A stretch of DNA of 64,000 bases from Eledone cirrhosa (taxonomy: Eukaryota). The position numbers and the translations under genes are program-made. Position 1 is the first letter of the stretch. Each line of letters opens with the position of its first letter. Below, one piece after another: positions 38,845-51,673 of this stretch. Location of the stretch: assembly GCA_964016885.1 (NCBI GenBank), contig OZ024747.1:63116001-63180000 (forward strand). The letters are read 5' to 3'. Below the pieces are notes generated by a model. The model was given only the letters and a program-made list of their open reading frames with translations, had not been told where the DNA came from and did no database searches.

Positions 38845-39056
38845 TGATTGGCAGTATTGGTAGAGCATCGGACAGCATGCTTTGCAGCATAGAGTTATGG
38901 CCCTTTATGTTCTGAATTCAAATCCCACCAAGGTTAGCTTTGCTTTTCATCCTTACTGGGTCAATGAAATAAAGTACCAGTCATGCACTGGGATCGATTT
39001 AATCAACTTCCCCTTGCCCTAAAATTGCTTGCCTTGTGCCTAAATCAGAAACCAAT
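38845..39056 (+). mobile_element. SINE family 1
   Basis: Full head, core and tail. Confidence 0.85.
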
Positions 39057-40233
39057 CATAGGTTTATTTGATCAGGGCTGATACGATGCTAGACAAATAC
39101 AACAACAACAACAACAACAAAAACAACAACAACTCTTACTCACTGAACATGTCGGCTATTCTCTTAATTCTTTCAGTTCCTTCTACCACTTCTAAATATC
39201 ACTTGTTATCAAGTCATTCACATATATTGATTTTAGATCAATGAATAAAAGGTAGAGTTGTTTGTTCATCACCAAGTAGTTTTCTTTCAACTCTCTCCAA
39301 TCAGGAAAAAATTCTCAACATTCTAACTGTATTCCAAACAACTCATCTTAGTTTATCTTGTCACAGCTTCTCTATAAATTTCATGGCAAGCTTGTCTCAA
39401 GTTTTGTTTGTTTCTTAGTCATTTCATTTTAATTTTCGTCTGAAAAATTAGTTTTTTCTTCCTTTATGTCTTCTGATTCTCTAATAAATAAATGTGTTTT
39501 ACTTGTTTTTAACACACACAGACAAACAAACACACACACACGTGTGTGTGTGTGTTTGTGTGAAACAGGCATTAAAAGCCATTTCTAAAACACTCAAACA
39601 TGAAATATGACTATGGAAAAAAATGACTATATACATCTACATAGTATTCTGAGTATATATTCTAAATCTATGGATTATTTTTTGAAGGAAAATCAATATT
39701 TCAATAAATAATATAATAAACGTTGTGATCAAGTATCTATACACAATATATATTAAACATTCAATCGTAATTTTAAAGTAAAATGTTCAATAAAATTTTA
39801 AAGTAAAATTAAAAGAAAACGACATTAAGAAATTTACATATATATCAGAATTAATTTTTAAAATAACTTTTAATAGCCAAACAAATTTCCAATATAAAGA
39901 TTAATAAGAATTTTTTCAGAAAACAAATAGCAAATAATTCAATGACAGTTAAACACACTTTCCTTTTTACTGCCATCAAATTTCTTGAGTTGTTAGTAAT
40001 TATTCCATTTCAACATATTTTATACGATAGTCATCTATTGATCTCAATAAATGTTATAAAGTTATTTTCACATCTTCGAATCATTTAACTCATCTCATTT
40101 CATTAATTGAAATCCATTAAATGATTTTTGCGGAAAATGGCATAAATGATGTTTTAGAATTGTAAATAATTAACAGAAATATCCCTTGTTGGACAGATTT
40201 CAGCTAATATATATATATATATATATATATATG

Positions 40234-40410
40234 TATTTAATATAGAAAAGCTTCTACAGGACTAGAACTGTTTCATTCAGAAGAAATCATCAGGGCTTCC
40301 TGATGATTTCTCCCGAATGAAACAGTTCTAGTCCTGTAGAAGCCTTTTCTATATTAAATATTTATACTCTGCTTTGTATTGAGTACCTTACTTACTGTAG
40401 TTACTCCAGA
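40234..40410. mobile_element. Fold-back element (palindrome 40234-40360 plus 3' extension) between (TA)n tracts
   Basis: tatttaatatagaaaagcttctacagg...cctgtagaagccttttctatattaaata. Confidence 0.7.
40292..40346 (+). ncRNA. Type I hammerhead ribozyme
   Basis: Stem I agggcttc / gaagcctt; CTGATGA 40300-06; short stem II ttc-tccc-gaa with U.U first pair; GAAA 40319-22; stem III CAG-ttctagtc-CTG; triplet GUA, predicted cut after 40338. Confidence 0.75.
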
Positions 40411-40426
40411 TTGAACCTGGGATGAA

Positions 40427-40488
<62 letters not shown>

Positions 40489-40821
40489 ATATATATACTG
40501 TAAATTGGTTGTGTAGAGTGGCACAACATGAAGCGCACACTGTAAATATGATTGGTGTTAGAAAAAGCATCTAGCCTTAAAAACCAAGCCAGAAACAGTT
40601 TTGTATGAGCATGACATAATCACCTGATCCGATTTGCCTCAAACAGGACAACTCGTCTAATCCATGCTATCATGGAAAATGTATGTTAAACGATAATGAT
40701 AAAAAATATATATATACACACTCACACCTGGTGCCTGGGTAGTGAATTGCTTAAGATGTGAAAATTACATTTTGGTCTGGATGGTATTGTGTAGTGGTAC
40801 AGATACAATTTGATCTTTCAC

Positions 40822-41050
40822 TTGGAGACTTCTGGTGTCCTTGGCCTTAAGATGACCTCCCTACTTACCATCATCGGTAAGGATTTGGCTACCCATAGGT
40901 GTGAGCCACGCAAACTGGAATGACTCTTCCAACACGTCTCCCTCACCCTCTTCCTGGGAAATGCCTTCTATATTCTGTCTACCAGGGTCATGTGGTCACC
41001 AGTGCCTGGGCTTCCATTTGCTTATAATAGTGAGAGATGGTGAGAGTGAA
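40822..41050 (+). mobile_element. CRE-clade LINE 3' fragment
   Basis: Homologous to 3090-3320 and 5356-5600. Confidence 0.7.
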
Positions 41051-41279
41051 AGAGAGAGAACCTCAACACTTATTTAGTTCATGAGTATTTTGAGTATGAG
41101 GAGGAATATGAAATAAATGCTGTGGAATATACTTATCGGGTTCCTACATAAAAGTTTGATAATTCGACATTGGGAGCATCTTATACCATGTGATATGTAT
41201 TTTTTTGTAGCTGACATATCAGTTGTAGAGAGAAACACCGACTGACTGTATGTTATATATATATATATATATATATATT

Positions 41280-41578
41280 ATGTTTTCTGATTTAGGCGCA
41301 AGGGAAGGGGTAAGTTGATTAGGATCCACCAGTGTATTACTGGTACTTTATTTTATTGACACTGTAAGGATGAAAGGCAAAGCTAACCTCGATGGGATTT
41401 GAAATCAGAATATAGAAGGCCTCAACAATATGCTGCAAATCATATTGTGTGATGCTCTAACGATGTTCTATATATAATATAATTGTTTCTACTTTTGGCA
41501 CAAGGACAGCAATTATCACAGTGTATTAATGGTACTTTATTTTATCGACCCCGTAAGGATGAAAGGCAAAGTTAACCT
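41280..41578 (-). mobile_element. Two adjacent SINE family 1 copies (41280-41465, 41481-41578)
   Basis: Reverse complement of the family 1 core. Confidence 0.8.
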
Positions 41579-43611
41579 CTCTCTCTATATATAATGATTT
41601 AACACAAGGCTCTGTTGACATTTATGGTTGTTGCTTTTTAACTCTTAGCATCCTGTTATGATTTGCAGAGAATGTATATAAGCAAGTTTTTTTTATAGTG
41701 TCTTTACCAGTGGACAGATCATTATACAAGTTTACAGTATTTGACTTATGACATAAATTTTTAATGTATTGTAGTTATTGTGCTGTTTTGTAGTTTTCAA
41801 TAATGCACGTCATGTGATACAGGAAATTAAGAGTTTGAGCAGTAAGGATAGCTTCAATAGAATAAACATTAACACAGGAATGCTACATATTTTATTGTTG
41901 TTGTTGTTTAGCCCCAGATATGTCCTGATCCAACAAATCTTTCATCAGAGGTATTCCAAACATGATCATCATTCTTTTCAGAAGTGTTTGTACATTATTA
42001 TCTAATGTGTTTGTTCCATTTCTAGTATGGTGGGGTGGAATTTGAGGGAGATTTGGCTGTTATTAAGTGACCATGTAGAGGCTTCTTTGTTGGTATGAAT
42101 TACTGTATATACGTATGCATATTACACTGGTGAATAAGTCACTCCGTCATCTTACACACAACATTTATTGGTTCCACTTATTTTGAATTGAAGCTTTGTA
42201 ATTCCAGCATATAGTGAGAGCAGGAGAGACGGTGGTAGTGGGAGTTTGGTTCCTTTGTGTTCGAACATGTATATATTTATTTACCAAGCCACATATGCAA
42301 CCATATTAGGTTGCTTTCCATTTCTATTTTTAAAACTAAACACAGAATTTATAGAACAATAACTAGATTCTGCAAAGTCATATGCTGTTTTTTAGGTTAT
42401 ATTTTCATGATGAAAAGAGAAAAGTCTACACATATTCCTACAATATATCTCATATTCCCCTGATATATATATAAAAATGAGCTTTGTTTAAAGTTATATC
42501 GATAGGATGACAGTGAGCATTATGATACTAAGAGATCTTTAATTAACACCTTTAGAAATTTAAAGTATTTATGATTTTATTACTTTATAAAGGTGTTCAA
42601 TACTTTGATACAGATGTTAAATTGTATTTACAGTAGTGCCTACACAGAATACTTTTTCTGTTGTGATTTATACATATGTTATTTATTTATTTTTGTTCCA
42701 TCAGTACATTAAGTGAAAATGTTCTAGTATTGAACATGATGGAATATATTAAATTAGGTGTTTTCTTTATTCAGTTAAATCTTCTTATGTTTAGCTAGAT
42801 GAAAAAAATAATACTTCTGTAATGGAGAAATGCTGCTTGTAGCTTGAAGAGTAAACAACTAGTAATTTAACACATTAAGCTGTCTTAAATAAATTACCTT
42901 TTTTGGCATGAAAACATTTTTTTAATGAGAAATAAAGAAACTATAAAATGTAATGAAAATAGTAAAGAAATAAAGAAAGAAAAGAAATTCAATATTTGAA
43001 AGCGTTCAGAAGGGAAAATTGTCCATCTTTGTGAAAGCAATATTGATGATGAAACTAAATTGACATAGATTGAATTAAAACAATTAAATTCCTTAGATCT
43101 AAACTCTGCTAGTACTTTTTACAAATCTTGATCAAAGTATTTTCTTCCTTACTCCTAAATCAACAACAACAACATCATCATTCTTCCTCACTGTTAATTT
43201 TTAAACTACAGTTTGCATGGAAAAAACATATGTACAAACATAAAAAAAACATGAAGCTTTTATTTATTTGTCTGATGTATGCCCACAGAGAGATACACAT
43301 TTACATACACACACATATATATCATAAAAGCATATATATATATACACACACACACTCTACATACATACACACATGCACATGATGGCTGCAACTCAATTTT
43401 GAGTAATGCCATTGCTTAAATATGAGCATCATGGACGTGGCTTTTTAGTTCTGCTGGGGACTTGCCTATGGCCAGCAATTCCATGCATCACAGGAAATGT
43501 CACGTATCAAGCGATGCCTGTGTTTGAAGCTTTATTAAGTGAGGAAAGGCTTGTGTGTATGTAGATTGTACACACAAGTGTAGTGAATGTTAGACACTGT
43601 TTTCTATAGTT

Positions 43612-44220
43612 TGTCATCACCTCTTCCCTCCTCAGTCATCTCTAGTGTATGACGTCATCACCCCTTCCTTCCTCAGTCATCTCTAGTGTATGACGTCATC
43701 ACCCCTTCCTTCCTCGTTCATCTCTAGTGTATGGCGTCATCACCCCTTCCTTCCTATATCATCTCTAGTGTGTGACGTCATCACCCCTTCCTTCCTCAGT
43801 CATCTCTAGTGTATGGCGTCATCACCCCTTCCTTCCTCAGTGTGTGACGTCATCACCCCTTCCTTCCTATATCATCTCTAGTGTGTGACGTCATCACCCC
43901 TTCCTTCCTATATCATCTCTAGTGTATGATATCAACACCCTTCCTTCCTCAATCATCTCTAGTGCGTGACGCCATTACTCCTTCCTTCCTCAGTCATCTC
44001 TAGTGCATGACGTCATCACCCCTTCCTTCCTATATCATCTCTAGTGTAGTGTATGATATCAACACCCCTTCCCTCCTCAGTCATCTCTAGTGTGTGACGC
44101 CATTACTCCTTCCTTCCTCAGTCATCTCTAGTGTGTGATATCATCACCCCTTCCTTCCTCAGTCATCTCTAGTGTGTGATATCATCACCCCTTCCTTCCT
44201 CAGTCATCTCTAGTGTGTGA
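43612..44220. repeat. 41-bp minisatellite, ~14 copies
   Basis: Unit cctcagtcatctctagtgtgtgacgtcatcaccccttcctt; followed by (GGAT)n and cactttatatatagat, a Helitron/HINE-like end. Confidence 0.92.
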
Positions 44221-44850
44221 TGGAAGGATGGATGGACGGATGGCTAGAAGCCGCTCACTTTATATATAGATGATTTCATAGAAAATATTTATTAAAACAA
44301 GGGTAACTGTTTTCACATCAAATACACCTGATTGCACATCACAGTAAGTTTGTATCTGGAATCTGTTGCTTTGACTATTAATAATGCCTAAATCGTTGAA
44401 GACACTTTTAATCTCAGATTCTGATTGCTTCTGTGAATGTCAGTTTAATTGAGATTATTGGTGAGAATATGACGGAAGAATTGCAAGAATTAACATTGCA
44501 TGCTCCATTTCTAAAAGAGAACTACCAACAAAATTGAACATGCCAAACCTGTCACTATAGTTTAGCTAATTTCCTCTGGAATTCATATTTCTAGCATTCC
44601 AATAGAAAAACCAATTAAATCTATGATAATCTTTTGGTAATAAAAGCTGTGGCAATAATTCTCTTATTACATACAAGATTGTGTAAAAGTCTTATGCTTC
44701 ATCAACTCCATTAACAGATATCTTTTTAGAAACTACTTTTGCATTATATCCAAGCAAATACAACACTTACCACGCAGAATGTTTCACAGTCATATTTTCC
44801 AAGAGATTATTTCAACACACATATCGCTTGCATGCACGCACACACACCCA

Positions 44851-44902
44851 GGCTTTCCTGATGATTTCTTTTGAATGGAACAGTTCTAGTCCTGTAGAAG
44901 CC
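44851..44902 (+). ncRNA. Mutated hammerhead ribozyme, same family as 40292-40346
   Basis: ggctttc CTGATGA tttcttttgaat GGAA CAG ttctagtc CTG TA gaagcc; GAAA changed to GGAA. Confidence 0.65.
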
Positions 44903-45372
44903 ATTTCTATATTAAACATGATATATATATAATCAAACCAATATCTAACTCCAATCTGGCACCAGCCACAGGATTCAACATTAACATAGAGTGCTTTTCT
45001 ACTATTACATCATGGTAAACTAAATGGAATGACCAGTTCTATCCTGTGGTGAACCACTAAACATAAATATATATATATATATACACATATGTGTGTGTGT
45101 CTGCCACAACAAATTGTACCCAACCCACTTTATAAAGTGGTAGTGCTTGTACCACGATAAAAGCACCCTGTCCACTCTGTCAGGTAGTAATGGCATTGTC
45201 ACAATAAAAATTCACCTGGTACATGCCATGAATTGAATGCCATTAGAGAACGATGCCATTCCCCAAATAGAGACAATCATCAAAATGGAATGTATGTCCT
45301 CAGAATATGACAACCTGTCTAATCTATGCAAGCATCGAAAGTAAACATAAAATAGTGGGGATATTATATATA

Positions 45373-45983
45373 TACTAGTAGAATGGCCTGGCGTTGCTCG
45401 GGATTTGCTCTAGAGTTCTTATATATTTGATATATATTTATCCTTATCGAGCCTCATGAAATAAATACGTTTGTTTATATTTTGTTATTGTGTATGCAAA
45501 AATATCTGTACACGAATATATAATTATATATATATATATATATTAAAATAACAGATTAAATTTTAAGCAAAGAATCGCTGCTTTCACCCTTAACAGGATC
45601 TTCTGAAACTAAAAATATCAATCTGTGAATGCAGAAGTAAATAATTCGAAAAACATTACACACTATATATATATATACACACACTATATATACATATACA
45701 CACACCGCATCATAATGTCGTAATGCAGACAGCCAGACATACAGACAGATATTATAAGGGCGCAACGTTGTATTTATGTATCTATCTAAAAAGAAAGACT
45801 AAAAATTATAGAGAGATCGCTAAATCGCCTAATGCTGTCCCTAGGACATTGAAAATTTGAAATTTTCTTTGCTCAAAACACTCACAGGACCACAAGTATT
45901 ACATGTGTACAGTTTGAAAACAATCGGTTGGGTGGTTCTCGAGTTTTAGGAAGTCAGACAGACAGACAGACATTCTCTGTTAT
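45373..45983 (+). mobile_element. Non-autonomous Helitron-like (Lep1/HINE-type) element
   Basis: 5' tactagtagaatggcctggcgttgctcggg; 3' tttgaaaacaatcggtt...(CAGA)n-cattctctgttata. Confidence 0.55.
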
Positions 45984-46218
45984 ACCAGTTTTACCAGTTT
46001 TAAATTAATAAGACCATTATTCAGCAGAGTACTTGTTACTTGGGATAGAAAAGTGGGGCCTTTCAGCTGAGCTCTCGCCATTTCGTCAGCAAATTCCAGT
46101 CTAGAATGGTCCATGACTTTTAATATATATATACAAAAAGTAAACAGATATAACAAAGCAAATGACACAGTATGATGAAGAAATATATTAGTTCAACGTT
46201 TGATATATATATATATAT

Positions 46219-46818
46219 ATCATCATCATCATCATCATTTTACGTCCACTTTTCCCTGATTGCAAGGGTGGGATGGGTCCTATTCAGCACACCATCTCTC
46301 CACTTGTCACGGACCTTCGTCATCTCCTTCGTGAGTTTCAGTGATCTGAGGTCTGCTCTCACCACCTCTGCCCATGTTTTTCATGGTCTTCCTCTACTGC
46401 GTCTTACTTCTACTGAGATTTCTTGGCACTTCTTTACCCAGCGGTCATCCTCCATGCGCATCACATGTCCATACGATCTCGGTCTTCTCTCCTGCACACC
46501 ACAACTTATCCCTCTTATACCCAGTTTCTCTCTTTGGTTATTCATGCACTTTGTCAATGCACATCCAACGGAGCATGCTTGCTTCATTTCTCTCCAGCCG
46601 TTGCATATCCTCTGTAGTTGCCCATGTCTCACTACCATGCAGCATCACGCATCTCATGCAGGCATCATATAACCGACCTTTCGTACACAGGGAGAAACCC
46701 TTCTTTGTCAACAGAGGAAGCAGCTACCTAAACTTCTTCCAACTGATCATTATTCTAGATACTATGGCCTCGAAACACACTCTTCCCATGCTAATCTGAT
46801 CACCTAGGTACCGGAAGC
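46219..46818 (-). mobile_element. RTE-clade LINE 3' fragment with (ATG)n tail
   Basis: Minus-strand FRYLGDQ...WKKFR.LLPLLTKKGFSL.TKGRLYDAC...LHGSETWA...YGHVMRMEDDRWVKKC...RGRP with stops and frameshifts. Confidence 0.9.
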
Positions 46819-46980
46819 TATCTACCACCTCTATAGAACCCACCTGCATTTGAAAAATGTGTCTTTATATATATATTTATATATATATATATATATATAT
46901 ATAACGAAGGAGTTGTGGTAAGGAAGCAGATGGACCATAACGCACCAGAGTACTCAATACTTAGGGTAGTAGAGTGGGTA

Positions 46981-47132
46981 AGAGGAAGTCCAAGGTTAAC
47001 GTATGTTGATGCCCTAAGGACAGACACTGGTCTGTTTGAGACGCGGGACATGGCAGCGATAATGAGGGACAGAGACCGCTGGAGAGAACTCGTCCATGGA
47101 TCTCAGGAATTTTACCCGCCTTAGATAGATAG
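46981..47132 (+). mobile_element. RTE/RTEX-like LINE extreme 3' end
   Basis: RGSPRLTYVDALRTDTGL...MRDRDRWRELV*, (TAGA)n tail; near-identical to 54811-54958. Confidence 0.8.
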
Positions 47133-47320
47133 ATATATATATATATATAAAATCAACTGAAAGAAATGGTGCATTTTCTTTTTCATATTAATTAAAAATA
47201 CTATATGCACTTTTTCCTATGAAATTGTAGTTAACTGGCTGATATTTTTTGCAGACAAGATGATATCCTACTAAAACATATGACCATATACTGTATAACA
47301 CACATCCAACAAATACTGAA

Positions 47321-47875
47321 TCATCATCATCATCATCACCGTTTTATATCCGTTCTTCCACGCTAGCATGGGTTAGACGGGTTGTCCTGTTGTGGGCAGT
47401 GTCTGGTCGGCTGACCTTGTCTTGCTCATACGGGAACTGATCCTGGCTTGATTTCAACAGCTGGATGCCCTTCCTAACACCAACCTCATTTACAGTGAGT
47501 GCTGGGTGCTTTTTTTCCGTGGCACCTACATGTCCACTTTACAGTGTGGGCTGGGTGCTTTTTTGCCGTGGCACCTCCAAGAACACTTTGTAGTGGGAGG
47601 GTGTGGGTGCATATTGTCTATATGCTTCAGCTTCGGCTTGTACCCATGGGGGGTCGGGTCTTCTGTATTACTGCGTGACGCCAGAGGTCATGGTCATGTG
47701 TCATCACGTTTGAGAGGTGTAATTGGGTAAGGTCGGCTTTTATCACCTCATCCCAGGTCTTCTTGGGTCTCCCCACTCCGCGGTTTCCATCGACTTCTAG
47801 TGCTCTGCACCTTTTTATGCTGCTGTCATCCTTCATACACATTGCATGTCCATACCAACGCAACCGCCTCTCTAT
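47321..47875 (-). mobile_element. RTE LINE 3' end joined to the SINE family 2-type 3' segment
   Basis: ERRLRWYGHAMCM...GRPKKTWDEVIKADL (47630-47875) followed by the gcacccagcactcactgtaaatgaggttggtgttaggaagggcatcc segment and (ATG)n. Confidence 0.8.
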
Positions 47876-49377
47876 AGGAAATAATAATAATAAAAGAAAC
47901 ATTTAAATTCTGATATTTTACTGACAGAAATTTTTTTATTTCATTCTATCATGGATGATTTGTGTTTGTTTTAGCTCTATTTGAATTGAATTTTATTAAG
48001 ATTGTTTAAAACTTATTTCAACATCATTTCAACTTTTATGTGTTTTTTTTTAGCAATATTTTGTACTAAATCATAATATATAATATATTTTCTAGTTTAT
48101 ATAAAGTCATTTTAGTTTTCATCATTACATTTATTGCCAAGGAACGATGATTATATTACATTGAAATAAAACATATAAACCATTGCTTTTTAAGTCTTTT
48201 GTTGATTATTTTTAGAAACTTACTTCACACTAAGATAGTGACAATAAACTTGTCAATCATGTAGAAATAAAATATATTTTTTTATAACTTTTCTAATAAA
48301 ACTTTTTGTTAATGTAGATTTGTACATTTATTACAGGTCTATATTTTCCTAAAGTTTGTAACTCAACACATTTCACTGTTGTTCCGATGAAAAAACACAG
48401 TCAATTTATTCTTCATTATCATCATCATGTAATATCTACTTTTACATTTTGAAATGTGTTGGACTGGTTGTTACAGTCCAACTCAGTAGTTAATTAATGT
48501 TTCAGTGAGAGACCTCATCTCACTACAGACATTCTTGTTTTAGTATGGGTTCTACATCTAGATGCCTTTCCTATCCTAAACTAACAGACTGTACTGGGTG
48601 CATTTTATCTTTGTTTTGTTATTGTTATTTTTGTATGGTCGTAAGTTGTTTAGGTTTAACCTTTTTTTTACCATATTTCTAATGAAAGATCTGTCTATAA
48701 GGCTCAAACCATTAAAATGATAATCAAGAATATAATGAACATACAATGTTGTCTCTGATCGAGATGAAACAAGAGTGTATTTGGATACATTATATGTAAT
48801 CAAGAATATAATCAATTTTTTCATTATTAAACTGATGTTTAAATATAAACTTAACAAAGGTTCTTACATAAAATTATCATGGAAGGTTTTAGATAAAGAT
48901 ACAAATTAGTATGTCCATTTCAGAATAATACTATGAGTGAACAGTTATATAAGCCCATCAAATATGTATTTCCTTGTGGTTGTTTGAATGATATTCATGC
49001 CTTCTGATGAGGGCCCAACTAGGTTAAAAAACCAATTAAAAGTGTTTATCATCTTTTTCAATTTACAGGATAAATTTTAAATGCCTACATATTAAAAATG
49101 TGTATTTATATAAACATTGGTCTCAGTTACACACTCTGTATGTATACAGATATAACTTTATATATATATAAGTGTGTGTGTGTGTAAATATGTATATATA
49201 CCTACATATATATATATATATATACACATATATATATACACATATATACATGTATATGCCAGAGACACTTCTGTGCAAGAGAGAGACACGGTCTCTCGAC
49301 CATTCCCATATCAAAGGGAACAAAAACTTCTAACCCATGCTAGCGTGGAAGATGGACGTTAAATGATGATGATGATG

Positions 49378-49413
<36 letters not shown>

Positions 49414-49457
49414 GATATATTTACTTGTTGTATCCCAACAATTTTAAATAGAACTTT

Positions 49458-49515
<58 letters not shown>

Positions 49516-49673
49516 CATGTGTGTGTATGAAGGCTTTTACACTTTCAACTCATTCTGTTATCTAATTTGAGATATCTTAATAGGAATCAGTTTTGATGCA
49601 GTGAAATTAGTCAAATACAAGATATTTGTGATTTCTGTATTGATTATATTTAAAACAAATCTGTTTCCAGTTC

Positions 49674-50671
49674 AAACAACAACAAAACCAACCCCAACAA
49701 CAACAACAAAATAATAACCCCAAACAACCCCGGACAACAACAAAAACAACAACCTCCACAACAAAAACAGCCTCCACAACAATAACAAAAACAACAACCC
49801 CCAACAACAACAAAAACAATCCTCACAATAATACCCCCACCCACACACACAAACAACAAAAACAACAACCCCCACAACAAAAACAACCCCAATGAAAAAC
49901 ACAAAAATCATCAACCCCTAACCCCCCCAACCAACCCAAACCACAACCCCCAAACACCAACTCCCAACAACCCCCAACCCCAACACCCCCCAAACCAACC
50001 CTAACAACAACCCCAACAACCCCAACCACAACCCCAACTACAACCCCAACCACAACCCCTAAACACCAACACCCAAACAACCCCCAAACTCTAACCCCCC
50101 ATAACAACCCCAACCACAACCCCCAAACACCAACCCCCAAACACTAACTCCATAACAACCCAACCACAACCCCTAAACACCCACCCCCAAACAACCTCCA
50201 AACACTAACCCCATAACAACCCCAACCACAACCCTCAAACACCAACCCCCAAACACTAACCCCATAACAACCCCAACCATAACTCCCAAACACCAACCCC
50301 AAACACTAACCCCTTAACAACCCCAACCACAACCCCCAAACACCAATCCCCCAAACACTAACCCCCCATAACAGCTCCAGCCACAACCCTCAAACACTAA
50401 CCCCCCCATAACAACCCCAACCACAAGCCCTAAACACCAACCCCCAAACAAGCCCCAAACACTAACCCCATATAACAACCCCAACCACAAGCCCTAAACA
50501 CCAACCCCCAAACAAGCCCCAAACACTAACCCCATATAACAACCCCAAGCACAAGCCCTAAACACCAACCCCCAAACACTAACCCCATATAACAACCCCA
50601 ACGACAAGCCCTAAACACCAACCCCCAAACAAGCCCCAAACACTAACCCCATATAACAACCCCAACAACAA
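49674..50671. repeat. C/A-rich low-complexity tract grading into ~50-62-bp tandem units
   Basis: ccccatataacaaccccaaccacaagccctaaacaccaacccccaaacaagccccaaacactaa repeated at the right end. Confidence 0.9.
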
Positions 50672-51129
50672 TATAGTTTTATGTTTCTGTGTTACTGTCT
50701 GTGGTATAGTATATGTCTTTTATGCTCATTTGTTTTTAATATCCTCTTAATAGAAACCTCCTAAAATAGCATTTGTAAGTGAAACATTATCATAGTCTTT
50801 CCATTGCAGTCAATTTTCTATTTAGCCAACAAGAAAATCCGCAATATTCTGCAATATATTCTGCCCTGTCTTTTGTTTAGAATTGGTTGATGTAATTCTG
50901 ATCAATTCATTGCAAATGTTTAATAAATTGTTCCCTATAACACTAGCTTGAAACTATTATATCTTATTTTCATCTCTTTCTCTCCTTTCACCTCATTCTT
51001 TTCAATGTCACTGTAAAATGTTAATAGAATATTTGGCAAACTCACTTTCTCTTTATCTCTCTTTCTTTCCCCCCCCCCCCTCTCTCTCTCTCTCTCACTT
51101 ATTATTTCTTTCTATACTGCAATGTTATT

Positions 51130-51176
51130 ATATGTGTGTTTGTCTGCATGCATATACATATGTGTTTGTGTGTGTG

Positions 51177-51259
<83 letters not shown>

Positions 51260-51554
51260 GTGTGTGTGTGTCTGTGTGTGTCTGTATATGTAGGTATATA
51301 TGTGTGTGTGTGTCTGTATATGTAGGTATATATGTGTATGTGTGTCTGTATATGTACGTATATATGTGTATGTGTGTCTGTATATGTACGTATATATGTG
51401 TATGTCTGTCTGTATATGTACGTATATATATATGTGTGCATATATGTGTGTATATATATTTATATGTATTTATGTGTATATGTATGTATATATATATGTA
51501 TGTATATGTATGTATATATATATATGTATGTATGTATATATGTATGTATATATG

Positions 51555-51601
<47 letters not shown>

Positions 51602-51673
51602 GTATGTATATTTGTATATGTATGTATATTTTTATATGTGTATATGTATGTATATGTGTATATATATATATAT
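51130..51673. repeat. Compound (TA)n/(TG)n/(TATG)n microsatellite
   Basis: Directly visible; explains overlapping spurious ORFs. Confidence 0.95.

Noticed and set aside
46050-46095. Minus-strand CTGACGA...GAAA as a complete hammerhead
   Set aside because: No stem I or valid cleavage triplet; better explained as a decayed copy of the 14.6-kb family
48998-49045. Possible decayed hammerhead: cctt CTGATGA gggcccaactaggtta aaaac caat ta aaag
   Set aside because: GAAA absent and stems need several assumed transitions; cannot be supported by eye
49910-50620. Interstitial telomere
   Set aside because: CCCTAA hexamers are isolated, never tandem
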